Positions 17,653-25,739 of a stretch of 64,000 nucleotides of DNA are shown here, piece by piece. This DNA comes from a virus (taxonomy: Duplodnaviria > Caudoviricetes). Both the position numbers and the translations under genes were made by a program. Below the pieces are notes generated by a model, which was not told where the DNA came from, made no database searches, and saw nothing but the letters and a program-made list of their open reading frames with translations. The stretch covers positions 1 through 64,000 of the IMG/VR virus record IMGVR_UViG_3300030511_000001; one strand, written 5' to 3'. Every line of letters starts with the position of its first letter. Within the stretch, counting starts at the first letter, position 1.

Positions 17653-17934
17653 CTACTTCTCGGGCTGCGGCGCGACGATCTCCACGCGCCGCGGCGTCAC
17701 GTACGTGGTCTCGTTCGGCGCGGGCGCGTGCTCCTTCGCCCACGCTTCTGCATCGTCGGCGGACTTGAAGATCCCGTAGTGGTAGATGCGGCCGCAGCGC
17801 GAGCCGACGCCGGTCTCCACAACGACGATCCAGCATTCCTCCGATGCGGCGAACGGGTTCCCGCCTCCGCAAGCGTAGACGGCAGTGGCGAGAGAGAGGA
17901 CGAGGACAGCAAGGGCGATCAGTCGGATTTTCAT
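17653..17934 (-). CDS. lipoprotein
   Basis: MKIRLIALAVLVLSLATAVYA-C lipobox-like; AAGGAG RBS. Confidence 0.75.
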   Translation of the reverse strand: MKIRLIALAVLVLSLATAVYACGGGNPFAASEECWIVVVETGVGSRCGRIYHYGIFKSADDAEAWAKEHAPAPNETTYVTPRRVEIVAPQPEK

Positions 17935-17992
17935 GGGGTGCTGCTCCTTTCGATATGAAAGACACCAGCACCCCGGAAATGTGGCGCAGCTC

Positions 17993-18256
17993 CTACGCGA
18001 CCACCTTCCTCCGGTTCATGATCCGCACGACGACCAGGACGAACGCCAGCGAGAGCAGGAACATCACCGGCGTCGTCCAGACGCCAAGTAGGTCGACGAT
18101 CGGCTTCATGGCGCCCGTGAAGAGCAGCAACGCGCCGCCGCCGGCGCACGTGCCGGCGAGTAGCAGGAACGGCAGGACGCAGCACGCGCCGCATCCGCCG
18201 CGGACGCCGGTGCCGACGCCGTGGGTGACATAGACGGGGATCGGTTGTTCGCTCAT
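17993..18256 (-). CDS. two-TM membrane protein
   Basis: MSEQPIPV..., hydrophobic, Cys-rich. Confidence 0.65.
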   Translation of the reverse strand: MSEQPIPVYVTHGVGTGVRGGCGACCVLPFLLLAGTCAGGGALLLFTGAMKPIVDLLGVWTTPVMFLLSLAFVLVVVRIMNRRKVVA

Positions 18257-18263
18257 CAGTTCC

Positions 18264-18659
18264 TCAGAAGAAAAATCGCAGCTTGAACAGGTCCATGGCG
18301 ACGCCCTGCTGTTGGAGCTGGCGCACGATGCTGTTCCGCACAAAGTCCACGCGCTTGCGCCGCGGCGGCTGCAGGTTGCGGTGATGCGTCACGAAGTCGA
18401 TCGCCGCGATGACGATCTCGAAGGCGTACTGCTGCGCCAGAACGCCGAACAGCGGCGGCGTCTCCGGGTTCGGGTGGTTGTCGGCCGTCGCACCGCACAC
18501 GTCGGCCAGTCGACGCGCGGCGCGGTAGATGTTCAGGCGCTCGCCGGGGCTCATGTGTTTCACGGCCTCGAGGAGCGCGGCGTCGTCGCCGGCGACGGCC
18601 TGGCGCATCGCATCGGTAGCTGCTCGGGCAAGGGCGTCCGCGTAGGGCGCGACGGTCAT
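18264..18659 (-). CDS. hypothetical protein
   Basis: ATG overlapping upstream stop (MTVAPYAD...). Confidence 0.6.
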   Translation of the reverse strand: MTVAPYADALARAATDAMRQAVAGDDAALLEAVKHMSPGERLNIYRAARRLADVCGATADNHPNPETPPLFGVLAQQYAFEIVIAAIDFVTHHRNLQPPRRKRVDFVRNSIVRQLQQQGVAMDLFKLRFFF

Positions 18660-19183
18660 CGCGTCGCTCCGAGCTCGGGATACTCCTCGATTCGACCGCC
18701 CTGGCCGCTCCGCACAGGCCACGCGACTCCGACGCACGTGGAGCCTGTCGCGCAAAGCGCGCAGGTTTCCGGGTCAGGCTCGTCGGTCGCGGTGGTGCAC
18801 AGAATGAACTTCGGGCCTGTCGGGACGCGGCTGACGTGTACGCGGATATTCGTCCACGTCGCGCCCGGGCTGATCGCGCTGCGTAGCGTTGCCATCGTCT
18901 TCTGCACGGTGTCGAGCGTCGCCGCGTGGGCGTCGACAGCGTTGCGCGCGATGGCATTCGCCTCGTCGACGAGAGCTACCCACTTCGCCCACCAGACCGG
19001 CGCGCGAAGCGCCTGCATGGCAAGGTAGAAGGCGGCGGCGGCAAAGATGAGCCACTTCCATCCGCCGGTCGGCTGCGCGAGCGCGAGCAGCGCGATTTCA
19101 CACACCACGACGATCAGCGCGTCGAGCAAGCGCCGCCGGCGGCTGTAGCGAGGTGTCGGATTCACATAGGGGGAGGGCGTCAC
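18656..19183 (-). CDS. membrane protein
   Basis: two N-terminal TMs, coiled coil, C-terminal Cys motifs. Confidence 0.65.
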   Translation of the reverse strand: MTPSPYVNPTPRYSRRRRLLDALIVVVCEIALLALAQPTGGWKWLIFAAAAFYLAMQALRAPVWWAKWVALVDEANAIARNAVDAHAATLDTVQKTMATLRSAISPGATWTNIRVHVSRVPTGPKFILCTTATDEPDPETCALCATGSTCVGVAWPVRSGQGGRIEEYPELGATR

Positions 19184-19533
19184 GGGCGAGCTCCTTTCAT
19201 TTGCGCGACCAGTTCGGCGAACCGCTTCCGGTTGCGCGGAGCCGTGCGCTTACCTTCGTTGTTGGGGCGTCCCGCGGCTTCCCACAGCGCGCGTGCGCGA
19301 TCGTAGTGACCTTGGGCCTTATCGAACTGCCGCTGCGTCGGACGCATGCCGTCGAGCGCGCCGGGGTGAATCCGCTCGAGCTCAATCTCCCACTGTGAGG
19401 GCTCGGCGTCGGCTGCGTTCATGTCGCCGCGCACGCGGCGCAGATTGCCGCGAGCCTGCGTGAATTCGTGGTGGATGCGCAGCGGGTGAGTCCGCGGCAG
19501 CTTGTACCACGGTGTCGGTTTCGGATCAGCCAC
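19180..19533 (-). CDS. hypothetical protein
   Basis: 117 aa, coupled overlaps. Confidence 0.6.
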   Translation of the reverse strand: MADPKPTPWYKLPRTHPLRIHHEFTQARGNLRRVRGDMNAADAEPSQWEIELERIHPGALDGMRPTQRQFDKAQGHYDRARALWEAAGRPNNEGKRTAPRNRKRFAELVAQMKGARP

Positions 19534-19708
19534 GGCGCGATCTCCGCTTCCCTTCCTGCTGCGCCTCGGCCGCGGCTTCGCCCTTCGCGCCCCAACGCGC
19601 GAGCGCGGCCTTGCGCGCGCGTTCGCTGCGCTCGGGCAGCGATAGCTTCGCTGCGCTGGCGCGTCCGGCTTTCGAGCTGATCTCCTGGTGCTTGTTCATT
19701 CGGGGCAT
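19526..19708 (-). CDS. small basic protein (GRA.AAKL...ERSE.ARKAA.ARW family)
   Basis: motif common in phage/plasmid small basic proteins; AAGGAG RBS. Confidence 0.7.
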   Translation of the reverse strand: MPRMNKHQEISSKAGRASAAKLSLPERSERARKAALARWGAKGEAAAEAQQEGKRRSRRG

Positions 19709-19719
19709 CGTCGTCTCCT

Positions 19720-20211
19720 TCAATTCGCGCGATCGTGAGGCGTGTTGTGGTCGGTGATGCAGTCGCGCGGCGTGATGACTTCCTCGCCGTGCGGGCAGTA
19801 GAAAACGTGATCGTGTCCGGTCGGCTCGAGCCCTTCCGCGAGCGCGTGCAGATCGGCTCCATGGTTGACGTGCAGGAACGGCTGCGAGCAGTGCCGGCAG
19901 AGGATGGCCTGCGCGAGCACGCTGATGCGCTTGTCCTCCTCGTCCTCGCACCGCGACTGCATCTCGTCGGCGAAGGCGGCGACGTAGAGCCACAGGAGCG
20001 CGACGCGATCAAGTGCTGTGAGTTCGTCCCCTACCCCCTTCGGACGCGCGTCGGCGTGGAGCACGCGGCCGACGTCATCGAGGGCCCACGTCTGAAGGAG
20101 CGGCGCAAGCTCGCTCATGAGCGGTTGCGGGTAGTAGCGCGAGGCGCGCGCCTCGGCGGCCTCGCGGATTCCGGTCTCGACCTCGCTGGTGTTCAGAATG
20201 CGCGCGATCAT
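19720..20211 (-). CDS. hypothetical protein with C-terminal CxxC/Cys-His motifs
   Basis: 163 aa. Confidence 0.65.
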   Translation of the reverse strand: MIARILNTSEVETGIREAAEARASRYYPQPLMSELAPLLQTWALDDVGRVLHADARPKGVGDELTALDRVALLWLYVAAFADEMQSRCEDEEDKRISVLAQAILCRHCSQPFLHVNHGADLHALAEGLEPTGHDHVFYCPHGEEVITPRDCITDHNTPHDRAN

Positions 20212-20510
20212 GCGATCCTCCAGTGACGGGGCGACTGCCCGTCGTTGCTGATAAAGCCGCGGCGGCGGAGTTTCGCGAGGGCCGATCCAACGCGCTGCGG
20301 CGTCACTGCATCAGCGGAGCCGACATAGGTGACGGCCACGCGGCGCAGTTCGCGGGTGATGTCCGCGCAGGTCATGCCGCTCGTCTTGTAGAAGCCGCGC
20401 GCGTCCTTCAGGACGTTGCGAACCAACTGCTCGAAACCCGGGATGAGACGGTGGGCCGGCTTCGGGAAGCATGAGAACTGGGGGGAGGTGCGCTGCATCG
20501 TCGTTTCCAT
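20208..20510 (-). CDS. winged-helix DNA-binding protein (candidate operator-binding regulator)
   Basis: MTCADITREL...TPQRVGSALAKLRRRGFI...WRI wHTH pattern; leaderless start METT. Confidence 0.6.
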   Translation of the reverse strand: METTMQRTSPQFSCFPKPAHRLIPGFEQLVRNVLKDARGFYKTSGMTCADITRELRRVAVTYVGSADAVTPQRVGSALAKLRRRGFISNDGQSPRHWRIA

Positions 20511-20516
20511 GCCCCC

Positions 20517-20545
20517 AATGTAATGCTTACCGGTTAGCATGTCAA
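20517..20545 (-). promoter_or_regulatory. promoter with 18-bp palindromic operator, copy A
   Basis: TTGACA-17-TACATT; ATGCTWACCGGTWAGCAT at 20523-20540. Confidence 0.9.
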
Positions 20546-21018
20546 GTGGGAACTTGGAAACCCGTGAACCGGGCTGCCGCGGCCGCGTCATCGTCGGTCT
20601 CAAAGAAGCGGCATGTGTCGCACCGCTCGACATGCGCGGGCGTGCCCTCGGGCTCGTCGGCGAGGTTCATGAAGACGAAGCCGCGCCAGTCGCACTCCTC
20701 GCACCCAGGACGCAGCACCACGACCTCGACGTCCACGACGCCGTATCCGGCGCTCAGGTCGTGGATCGAGTCGTCGTCGAGACGCGCGAGCAGGGAGTTC
20801 TCCGACAGATCAAGCTGCAGCACGGTTCCCATGCGGTGATAGTCCTCGTCGAGCAGCACGTCGCCGACGCGAATTTCGCGCACGCTGATGTGGTGGATTT
20901 CCATCGCGCCCTCGGGCGTGAAGGCGTGGCCGCTGGACACGTCGGCGTGCCGGAGGTTGTTCGCGTCGAACTCGGGCTCGTGGCAGATGCCGCAGAAGCG
21001 ATCGGTGGTCGTCGTCAT
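20542..21018 (-). CDS. hypothetical protein (Zn-binding motifs; VREIRVGDVL beta-barrel motif)
   Basis: GAGGAG RBS, CxxC pairs. Confidence 0.7.
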   Translation of the reverse strand: MTTTTDRFCGICHEPEFDANNLRHADVSSGHAFTPEGAMEIHHISVREIRVGDVLLDEDYHRMGTVLQLDLSENSLLARLDDDSIHDLSAGYGVVDVEVVVLRPGCEECDWRGFVFMNLADEPEGTPAHVERCDTCRFFETDDDAAAAARFTGFQVPT

Positions 21019-21028
21019 CGTCGTCTCC

Positions 21029-21391
21029 TCAGTTCGCGGGCTCATAGACGTGATGGCCGCGGATGTAGGGCGCCTGATGGATGTTGCCGGTGGACTGCGC
21101 GCCGCAGCGGCAGGGGACGTAGGTGGCGCGAGCGGCGGCGAGCGCCTTCGCGCGGGCTTCCGCCTCGGTGGTCTCGTCGTCGGTGAGGTGCTGGCGCTGT
21201 TCGATGTCGAGGAGATCGTTCAGCAGCCGCTCCGCATCCGCGGCGTCCGACCACGTGATGTGCGCCGTCATGCCGGCGGCTTCGAACTGCTGCGCCGAGA
21301 GGCGGGCCTGCATGATTTGAATGAGACCGAGGGCATCGGCGATGTGAGTGAGGGTGGCGGTTTTTGCGTCTGGCTTCTTCGTCGTTTCCAT
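21029..21391 (-). CDS. hypothetical protein, leaderless
   Basis: METTKK start 6 nt after TACATT. Confidence 0.75.
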   Translation of the reverse strand: METTKKPDAKTATLTHIADALGLIQIMQARLSAQQFEAAGMTAHITWSDAADAERLLNDLLDIEQRQHLTDDETTEAEARAKALAAARATYVPCRCGAQSTGNIHQAPYIRGHHVYEPAN

Positions 21392-21397
21392 GCTCAC

Positions 21398-21426
21398 AAT
21401 GTATGCTAACCGGTAAGCATTGTCAA
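21398..21426 (-). promoter_or_regulatory. promoter with 18-bp palindromic operator, copy B
   Basis: TTGACA-17-TACATT; palindrome 21403-21420. Confidence 0.9.
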
Positions 21427-21446
21427 GATGGGACGGAAGAAATGTA

Positions 21447-21464
21447 TTCGACGTGATGTAGAAT
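21447..21464 (+). promoter_or_regulatory. repeated promoter motif copy (divergent to copy B)
   Basis: TTCGACGTGATGTAGAAT. Confidence 0.7.
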
Positions 21465-21487
21465 GCGCGGCGGGAAGGAGGGCGGCC

Positions 21488-21814
21488 ATGAAAACGTACA
21501 CCGCCATCGTCGCGACCCTGACGCTTGCGGGCGTCGGAGTCATCATCGTTTATGGAAGGAGATTCATGAAGACCTTCGAAGAGTTCCGCCAGGTCGTCGA
21601 TCAGGAGACCACGCGCATCGCCGGCGTCGTCGAAAAGCTGCTGGAGAAGGCCAACACCCCGCAGGGCCTCTCCGACGAGGAGAAGGCCGAGGCCGAGGCT
21701 ACCGTCGCGCGTCTGCGCGCGATCGGCGCCGACCCGGACAATCCCGTTCCCGATGCGCCGCCCGCCGGCGGCGATGCGAACCCCAACCCCGGCACCACCG
21801 AGCCCACCGAGTAG
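21488..21814 (+). CDS. single-TM protein
   Basis: GGAGG RBS, N-terminal TM, Pro-rich tail. Confidence 0.7.
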   Translation: MKTYTAIVATLTLAGVGVIIVYGRRFMKTFEEFRQVVDQETTRIAGVVEKLLEKANTPQGLSDEEKAEAEATVARLRAIGADPDNPVPDAPPAGGDANPNPGTTEPTE

Positions 21815-21891
21815 CACGCGCCACCCGCCCAACGACCCGCCGAGCGCCCGGGTTCGCGCAGTCCCTCATGCGCGGCCCGGGCGTTCGTGCG

Positions 21892-21909
21892 TTCGTCGTG
21901 GTGTAGAAT
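21892..21909 (+). promoter_or_regulatory. repeated promoter motif copy
   Basis: TTCGTCGTGGTGTAGAAT. Confidence 0.7.
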
Positions 21910-21929
21910 GGCGCGCGGAGGTTCAATAG

Positions 21930-22322
21930 ATGGCAAACCCGACACCCCTGCGATGGATCGACCAGCGCAAGACGGAGCGCGGCACCTCGTTCGACATCAT
22001 GCGGCCGATGGTCTACGCCATGCCGCTCACCGCGCCGATTGAGGGCGAGCGCGCACGTGGCAACACCGTCGAATTTGAGTGCGGCGGATGCCGTGCGGCG
22101 CATGCGCTCGTCGGCCAGGAGAACAAGGCGAAGTTCGCGATCGACCGACACAACATCGCCAACTCGCTCGCGGTGGCGGCTGCGGCGGCGATCGAGCACG
22201 TGACCGGCCACAACTTCGGCGGCACGGTGTGGACGACCGTCGAGCTGCAGCCGGAACTGACCGGCACCGCCTTCGGCGCGGTCCTGCTGCGCGGCTACCG
22301 CGCGGAGGGCTCCACGTCATGA
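21930..22322 (+). CDS. hypothetical protein
   Basis: GGAGG RBS, CxxC. Confidence 0.65.
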   Translation: MANPTPLRWIDQRKTERGTSFDIMRPMVYAMPLTAPIEGERARGNTVEFECGGCRAAHALVGQENKAKFAIDRHNIANSLAVAAAAAIEHVTGHNFGGTVWTTVELQPELTGTAFGAVLLRGYRAEGSTS

Positions 22323-22594
22323 GGTTCCGCGCACACCGCGGCGGCCTCGATGAAGCCCTCAAGACGCAGCGCGACGTGAACACGTGGCCCGAGTTGATCG
22401 CCGCGGTTCGCGATGAGCTGAGCGGATGGCTCAAGTTCAACGATTCCGATGTGTGGATCGAGCCGTACGCCGGCGACGACGACCGCATTGGGTGGAAAGA
22501 CGTCTACATCGTCATGGTCTCGGGGTGGCATGTGCCGGCGGGATTCGTCGAGTACGGCGAGGCGTTCCGAGGCCACGTGCGGAGGACATCATGA
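22319..22594 (+). CDS. conserved phage hypothetical protein
   Basis: MRFRAHRGGLDE...PY..DDRIGW...IV pattern. Confidence 0.75.
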   Translation: MRFRAHRGGLDEALKTQRDVNTWPELIAAVRDELSGWLKFNDSDVWIEPYAGDDDRIGWKDVYIVMVSGWHVPAGFVEYGEAFRGHVRRTS

Positions 22595-22830
22595 CGTTCA
22601 CCGGAGCATGGGAGCCCGTAGGCGATCCGATCAACCTCACCGAGCGCCAAGCGGTGCCTGGGGGATGGCTCGTGCGCGTGTGGGCGGCGAACATCTACGG
22701 CGACTCGCCGCTCGCGCAGGTGACGGGCATTGCCGGCAAGCCGGTCGTGGTCGGCGTCTCCGTGACGTTCGTTCCTGACGCCGGCTACCACTGGAAGATC
22801 GAACCGCCGAGCGAGGAGCAAACTGCATGA
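22591..22830 (+). CDS. conserved phage hypothetical protein
   Basis: R..VPGGWLVR...TFVPD..HW pattern. Confidence 0.75.
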   Translation: MTFTGAWEPVGDPINLTERQAVPGGWLVRVWAANIYGDSPLAQVTGIAGKPVVVGVSVTFVPDAGYHWKIEPPSEEQTA

Positions 22831-23114
22831 ACTATCTGCGCGTGAAGCGCGTCGAGCTGACGATCGAGTACGACGACGGCACGACGTTCACCAGCGAGCT
22901 CACGAACCTGACGAGCCTCGAGACCGAAGCTCGCCGCGACATGGGCAGCACCCCGGGCGTCTTCACTGGTCCACTCATGGGACGCATCGTCATCGAGGGC
23001 CGTCTGCGTTCGGAGGTGCGGCGCGATCGTGATGGGCGCGACATCATTGGCGCCACGCCGTTGATAGAAGCCGGCAATCCCGCACTCGCGGCGGCCGAGG
23101 AGGTGGAGCGTTGA
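22827..23114 (+). CDS. hypothetical protein
   Basis: ATGA overlap. Confidence 0.65.
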   Translation: MNYLRVKRVELTIEYDDGTTFTSELTNLTSLETEARRDMGSTPGVFTGPLMGRIVIEGRLRSEVRRDRDGRDIIGATPLIEAGNPALAAAEEVER

Positions 23115-23461
23115 GCGCGGAGAGGATCGCCGAGCTGCGCGCGGCCATGGTGAACGATCGCGTGAAGTTCGCCGGCGAGCGGAACGCCTACACGATTCAG
23201 GCGCGATCGGAGCGGTTCATCGTCTGCACGAAGCCGTTCCCGTTGCGGCGGACGGTCATCTACACAATCGTCGACCTGCAGGAGCTCGTGCGTGGCCCGG
23301 AAAACCTGACGTTCGGCGCGGGCGCCGAGACGCCCGCGCACTGCGAACGGATGGTCGACCGGTTAGAAGGACGCGGACGCGATTTTCCCACCGAGGTTTC
23401 CCGGCGGAATCGCGTGCCGCTTGTAGTCGATCGAGTCATCTACCTGGGAGCACATCCATGA
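23111..23461 (+). CDS. conserved phage hypothetical protein
   Basis: VKFAGERNAYTIQARSERFIVCTKPF...YTIVD...RGP.N pattern. Confidence 0.75.
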   Translation: MSAERIAELRAAMVNDRVKFAGERNAYTIQARSERFIVCTKPFPLRRTVIYTIVDLQELVRGPENLTFGAGAETPAHCERMVDRLEGRGRDFPTEVSRRNRVPLVVDRVIYLGAHP

Positions 23462-23937
23462 GCTACGACCGCACGTACGTTCCGGAACCCGGCACCAAGT
23501 ACACCGCCGCGCAGGCGCGCGAGCTCGCCGCGATGCTCGAGGGCGACGAGAAGCGGCAGGACGGCGAAGGCCGCGACATCATCTACATCGGCAACGGCGA
23601 GACCGACGTCCTCATCGCGACGCTGTGGGACTATGCGGCGCGCGTCGAAGCGGCGGAGGCGAAGCGGCGACGCGAGATCGAGGCCAAGCAAGCGGCCGAG
23701 CGCGGGATCGTCATCGAAAGCATGACGGTCGTCGAAGGGCTCGTGACGGAGATGGATCTCGAGCTGCCGGTCGACCACCTGCCCGACCTGACGGAGATGG
23801 TCAACCGCGGCGGGCTCGCCCTGCCAGGCGCACGCGGGATCGTGTTCGCGCTCGTCGATTCGCCGCAGCTCCGAAGCTACGGCCGCGTCGGCGTCTCGCT
23901 CGTCATCAATCACATCTTCATGAAGGGGCACCCATGA
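23458..23937 (+). CDS. hypothetical protein
   Basis: ATGA overlap. Confidence 0.65.
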   Translation: MSYDRTYVPEPGTKYTAAQARELAAMLEGDEKRQDGEGRDIIYIGNGETDVLIATLWDYAARVEAAEAKRRREIEAKQAAERGIVIESMTVVEGLVTEMDLELPVDHLPDLTEMVNRGGLALPGARGIVFALVDSPQLRSYGRVGVSLVINHIFMKGHP

Positions 23938-24563
23938 CGTTCACTCCGTTCGATCCTGGCGCCGAGGCGCGCGAGCGCCGCATGGAGGCGCAATCCAACC
24001 GAGGCGCAGACGCCGCATGGTTGTACTCGCAACGCGATCGAATGAGCGGCCGCACTACGCGCACGGTCCTTCGTTCGTTGGAGCCGATTTCAGAGCATCG
24101 GCTCGTCTACTTCATCGCGGACACCTACGTCATCGCGGACATGCTGCGCAAAGCGGCGATTCAGGATGCTCGCGCGCTCGGCCTCGAGATCGATACATCG
24201 CGCATTCGGATCACTACGCTGCGCGAGTGGTACGACCACAAAGGCTACGGGCTCGACGGCGACGAACTGCGTGTGTTCGTCGACCACACCGCCGGCGGCG
24301 ACGAGGAGGCAACACGCGCATACGAGTTCGCCGTTGGCGCACGTCAGGCGCCACCGCCCCCCGCGCCGGCACGACGCAGAAGGCCGAAGCACGGGACGGC
24401 CGCTATCACGCTGACCAGCGCGGCGTTCCTTTTGGCGGCGACGTTCAGCGGCGACGTTACGAGCACCATGGGCGGGTTCATGCTGTGCTCCGTGCTCTGT
24501 AGCGTGTGGGCCGGTATTCGCGAATTCCGCGAAGCCCGTCTCGCCGTCTCTCGGCCAACATGA
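23934..24563 (+). CDS. hypothetical protein with two C-terminal TMs
   Basis: ATGA overlap, MTFTPFDP... Confidence 0.65.
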   Translation: MTFTPFDPGAEARERRMEAQSNRGADAAWLYSQRDRMSGRTTRTVLRSLEPISEHRLVYFIADTYVIADMLRKAAIQDARALGLEIDTSRIRITTLREWYDHKGYGLDGDELRVFVDHTAGGDEEATRAYEFAVGARQAPPPPAPARRRRPKHGTAAITLTSAAFLLAATFSGDVTSTMGGFMLCSVLCSVWAGIREFREARLAVSRPT

Positions 24564-25222
24564 TCCGCTCGCGCGACTACGACCGCCGGAACGGCTTCGA
24601 ACCCGGGGAGCCGCGGTACGATGTTCGTCACGGCACGCACCTCGTCGATCCGAAGGCCGAGCGGTACGGCTACGGAGACCGCGAGTGGATCGGCATGACG
24701 GACGGCGATCGTCTCCTCGGCCGGGCGTGCGTCTGGACCGATGGCCTGAGCGTGTGCGCCGGCGAGCGCGACGCGTGGGTGTGGCGGAAGCTCGAGCACG
24801 AGCAGTTCGACGACATCGGCGAGCCCCGGACATCGGAGTTTTTCAGCACGCTCTGGCGCGCCTACTTCACGTGCGGCTGTGAATCGCTGCGCTACCGCAT
24901 GCACCCGCCGGAGGAGTGGCCCGCGCTGAACGATCTGATGGGCGGACGGTCGACGGCGGTGCCGCGTGGCTTCATCCGCCGCACGGTGCTCTCCGGGCCG
25001 TGCGCGCTGCATCGCGCGATGCGCGACGAGTGGTCGCGCCACTGGGCGCGCATTCGCCAGAATCACGAGAAGCGGTTCGCCCTGGCGCTATACCTCACGC
25101 AGCCGATTCTCCGCGAGGTGTTTGGGATGAAGGAGCCCGAGGATGTCGAGCCGTACATCCGCGGCCCGTGGCCGCCCTTCGATCCGGAGGATGACGCCGA
25201 GCCCGAGGAAGCGCGCCCGTGA
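24560..25222 (+). CDS. hypothetical protein
   Basis: ATGA overlap, MIRSRDY... Confidence 0.65.
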   Translation: MIRSRDYDRRNGFEPGEPRYDVRHGTHLVDPKAERYGYGDREWIGMTDGDRLLGRACVWTDGLSVCAGERDAWVWRKLEHEQFDDIGEPRTSEFFSTLWRAYFTCGCESLRYRMHPPEEWPALNDLMGGRSTAVPRGFIRRTVLSGPCALHRAMRDEWSRHWARIRQNHEKRFALALYLTQPILREVFGMKEPEDVEPYIRGPWPPFDPEDDAEPEEARP

Positions 25223-25455
25223 GTGTTCCGTGGCAGTGCCCGTGCTGCGGCATCATTTGGGCGCCTGGCATGGCCTTCTGTCACTGGTGCTCGCCGCTCG
25301 GGCAGATCGACGAAAACGTGCGGCAGTTCCACGACTGCCCGACGTTCGGCCGCCAGGTCGACACCATGTTCGCGACGATGATGCGCGACGTCCCGACGAT
25401 CAAGCCCGAATACAAGGTGCCGCCGCGGCCCGACATCAAGCGGCGAGAGGAGTGA
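25219..25455 (+). CDS. small Zn-finger-like protein
   Basis: WQCPCCG...CHWC. Confidence 0.65.
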   Translation: MSVPWQCPCCGIIWAPGMAFCHWCSPLGQIDENVRQFHDCPTFGRQVDTMFATMMRDVPTIKPEYKVPPRPDIKRREE

Positions 25456-25457
25456 AG

Positions 25458-25739
25458 ATGGAGGCGGTGCAGGTCTACGTCACCCCCGAGTTTTTTGATG
25501 GCACGTGTCCCTATCCGGTCGCGGCGCTGTGGATCGATGGTGCGCTGTTCGACACCTACCCGTGCGGCATCGTTCGCAAGCGCGTGAAGTGGCTGCCGCT
25601 GTGGCTCCCCTTCAACGCGCGCTACGACTTCTCCATTTACGCGCAACTCGCGTGCGTGAAGCGGCTGCGTGAGCTCGGCGAGGAACTGCGGACGCACATG
25701 CACGGCGCGATTCGTCGTGATGTAGAATGCCACGCATGA
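25458..25739 (+). CDS. hypothetical protein
   Basis: GAGGAG RBS, MEAVQVYV... Confidence 0.6.
   Translation: MEAVQVYVTPEFFDGTCPYPVAALWIDGALFDTYPCGIVRKRVKWLPLWLPFNARYDFSIYAQLACVKRLRELGEELRTHMHGAIRRDVECHA
25711..25728 (+). promoter_or_regulatory. repeated promoter motif copy (leaderless to ATG 25736)
   Basis: TTCGTCGTGATGTAGAAT. Confidence 0.7.
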
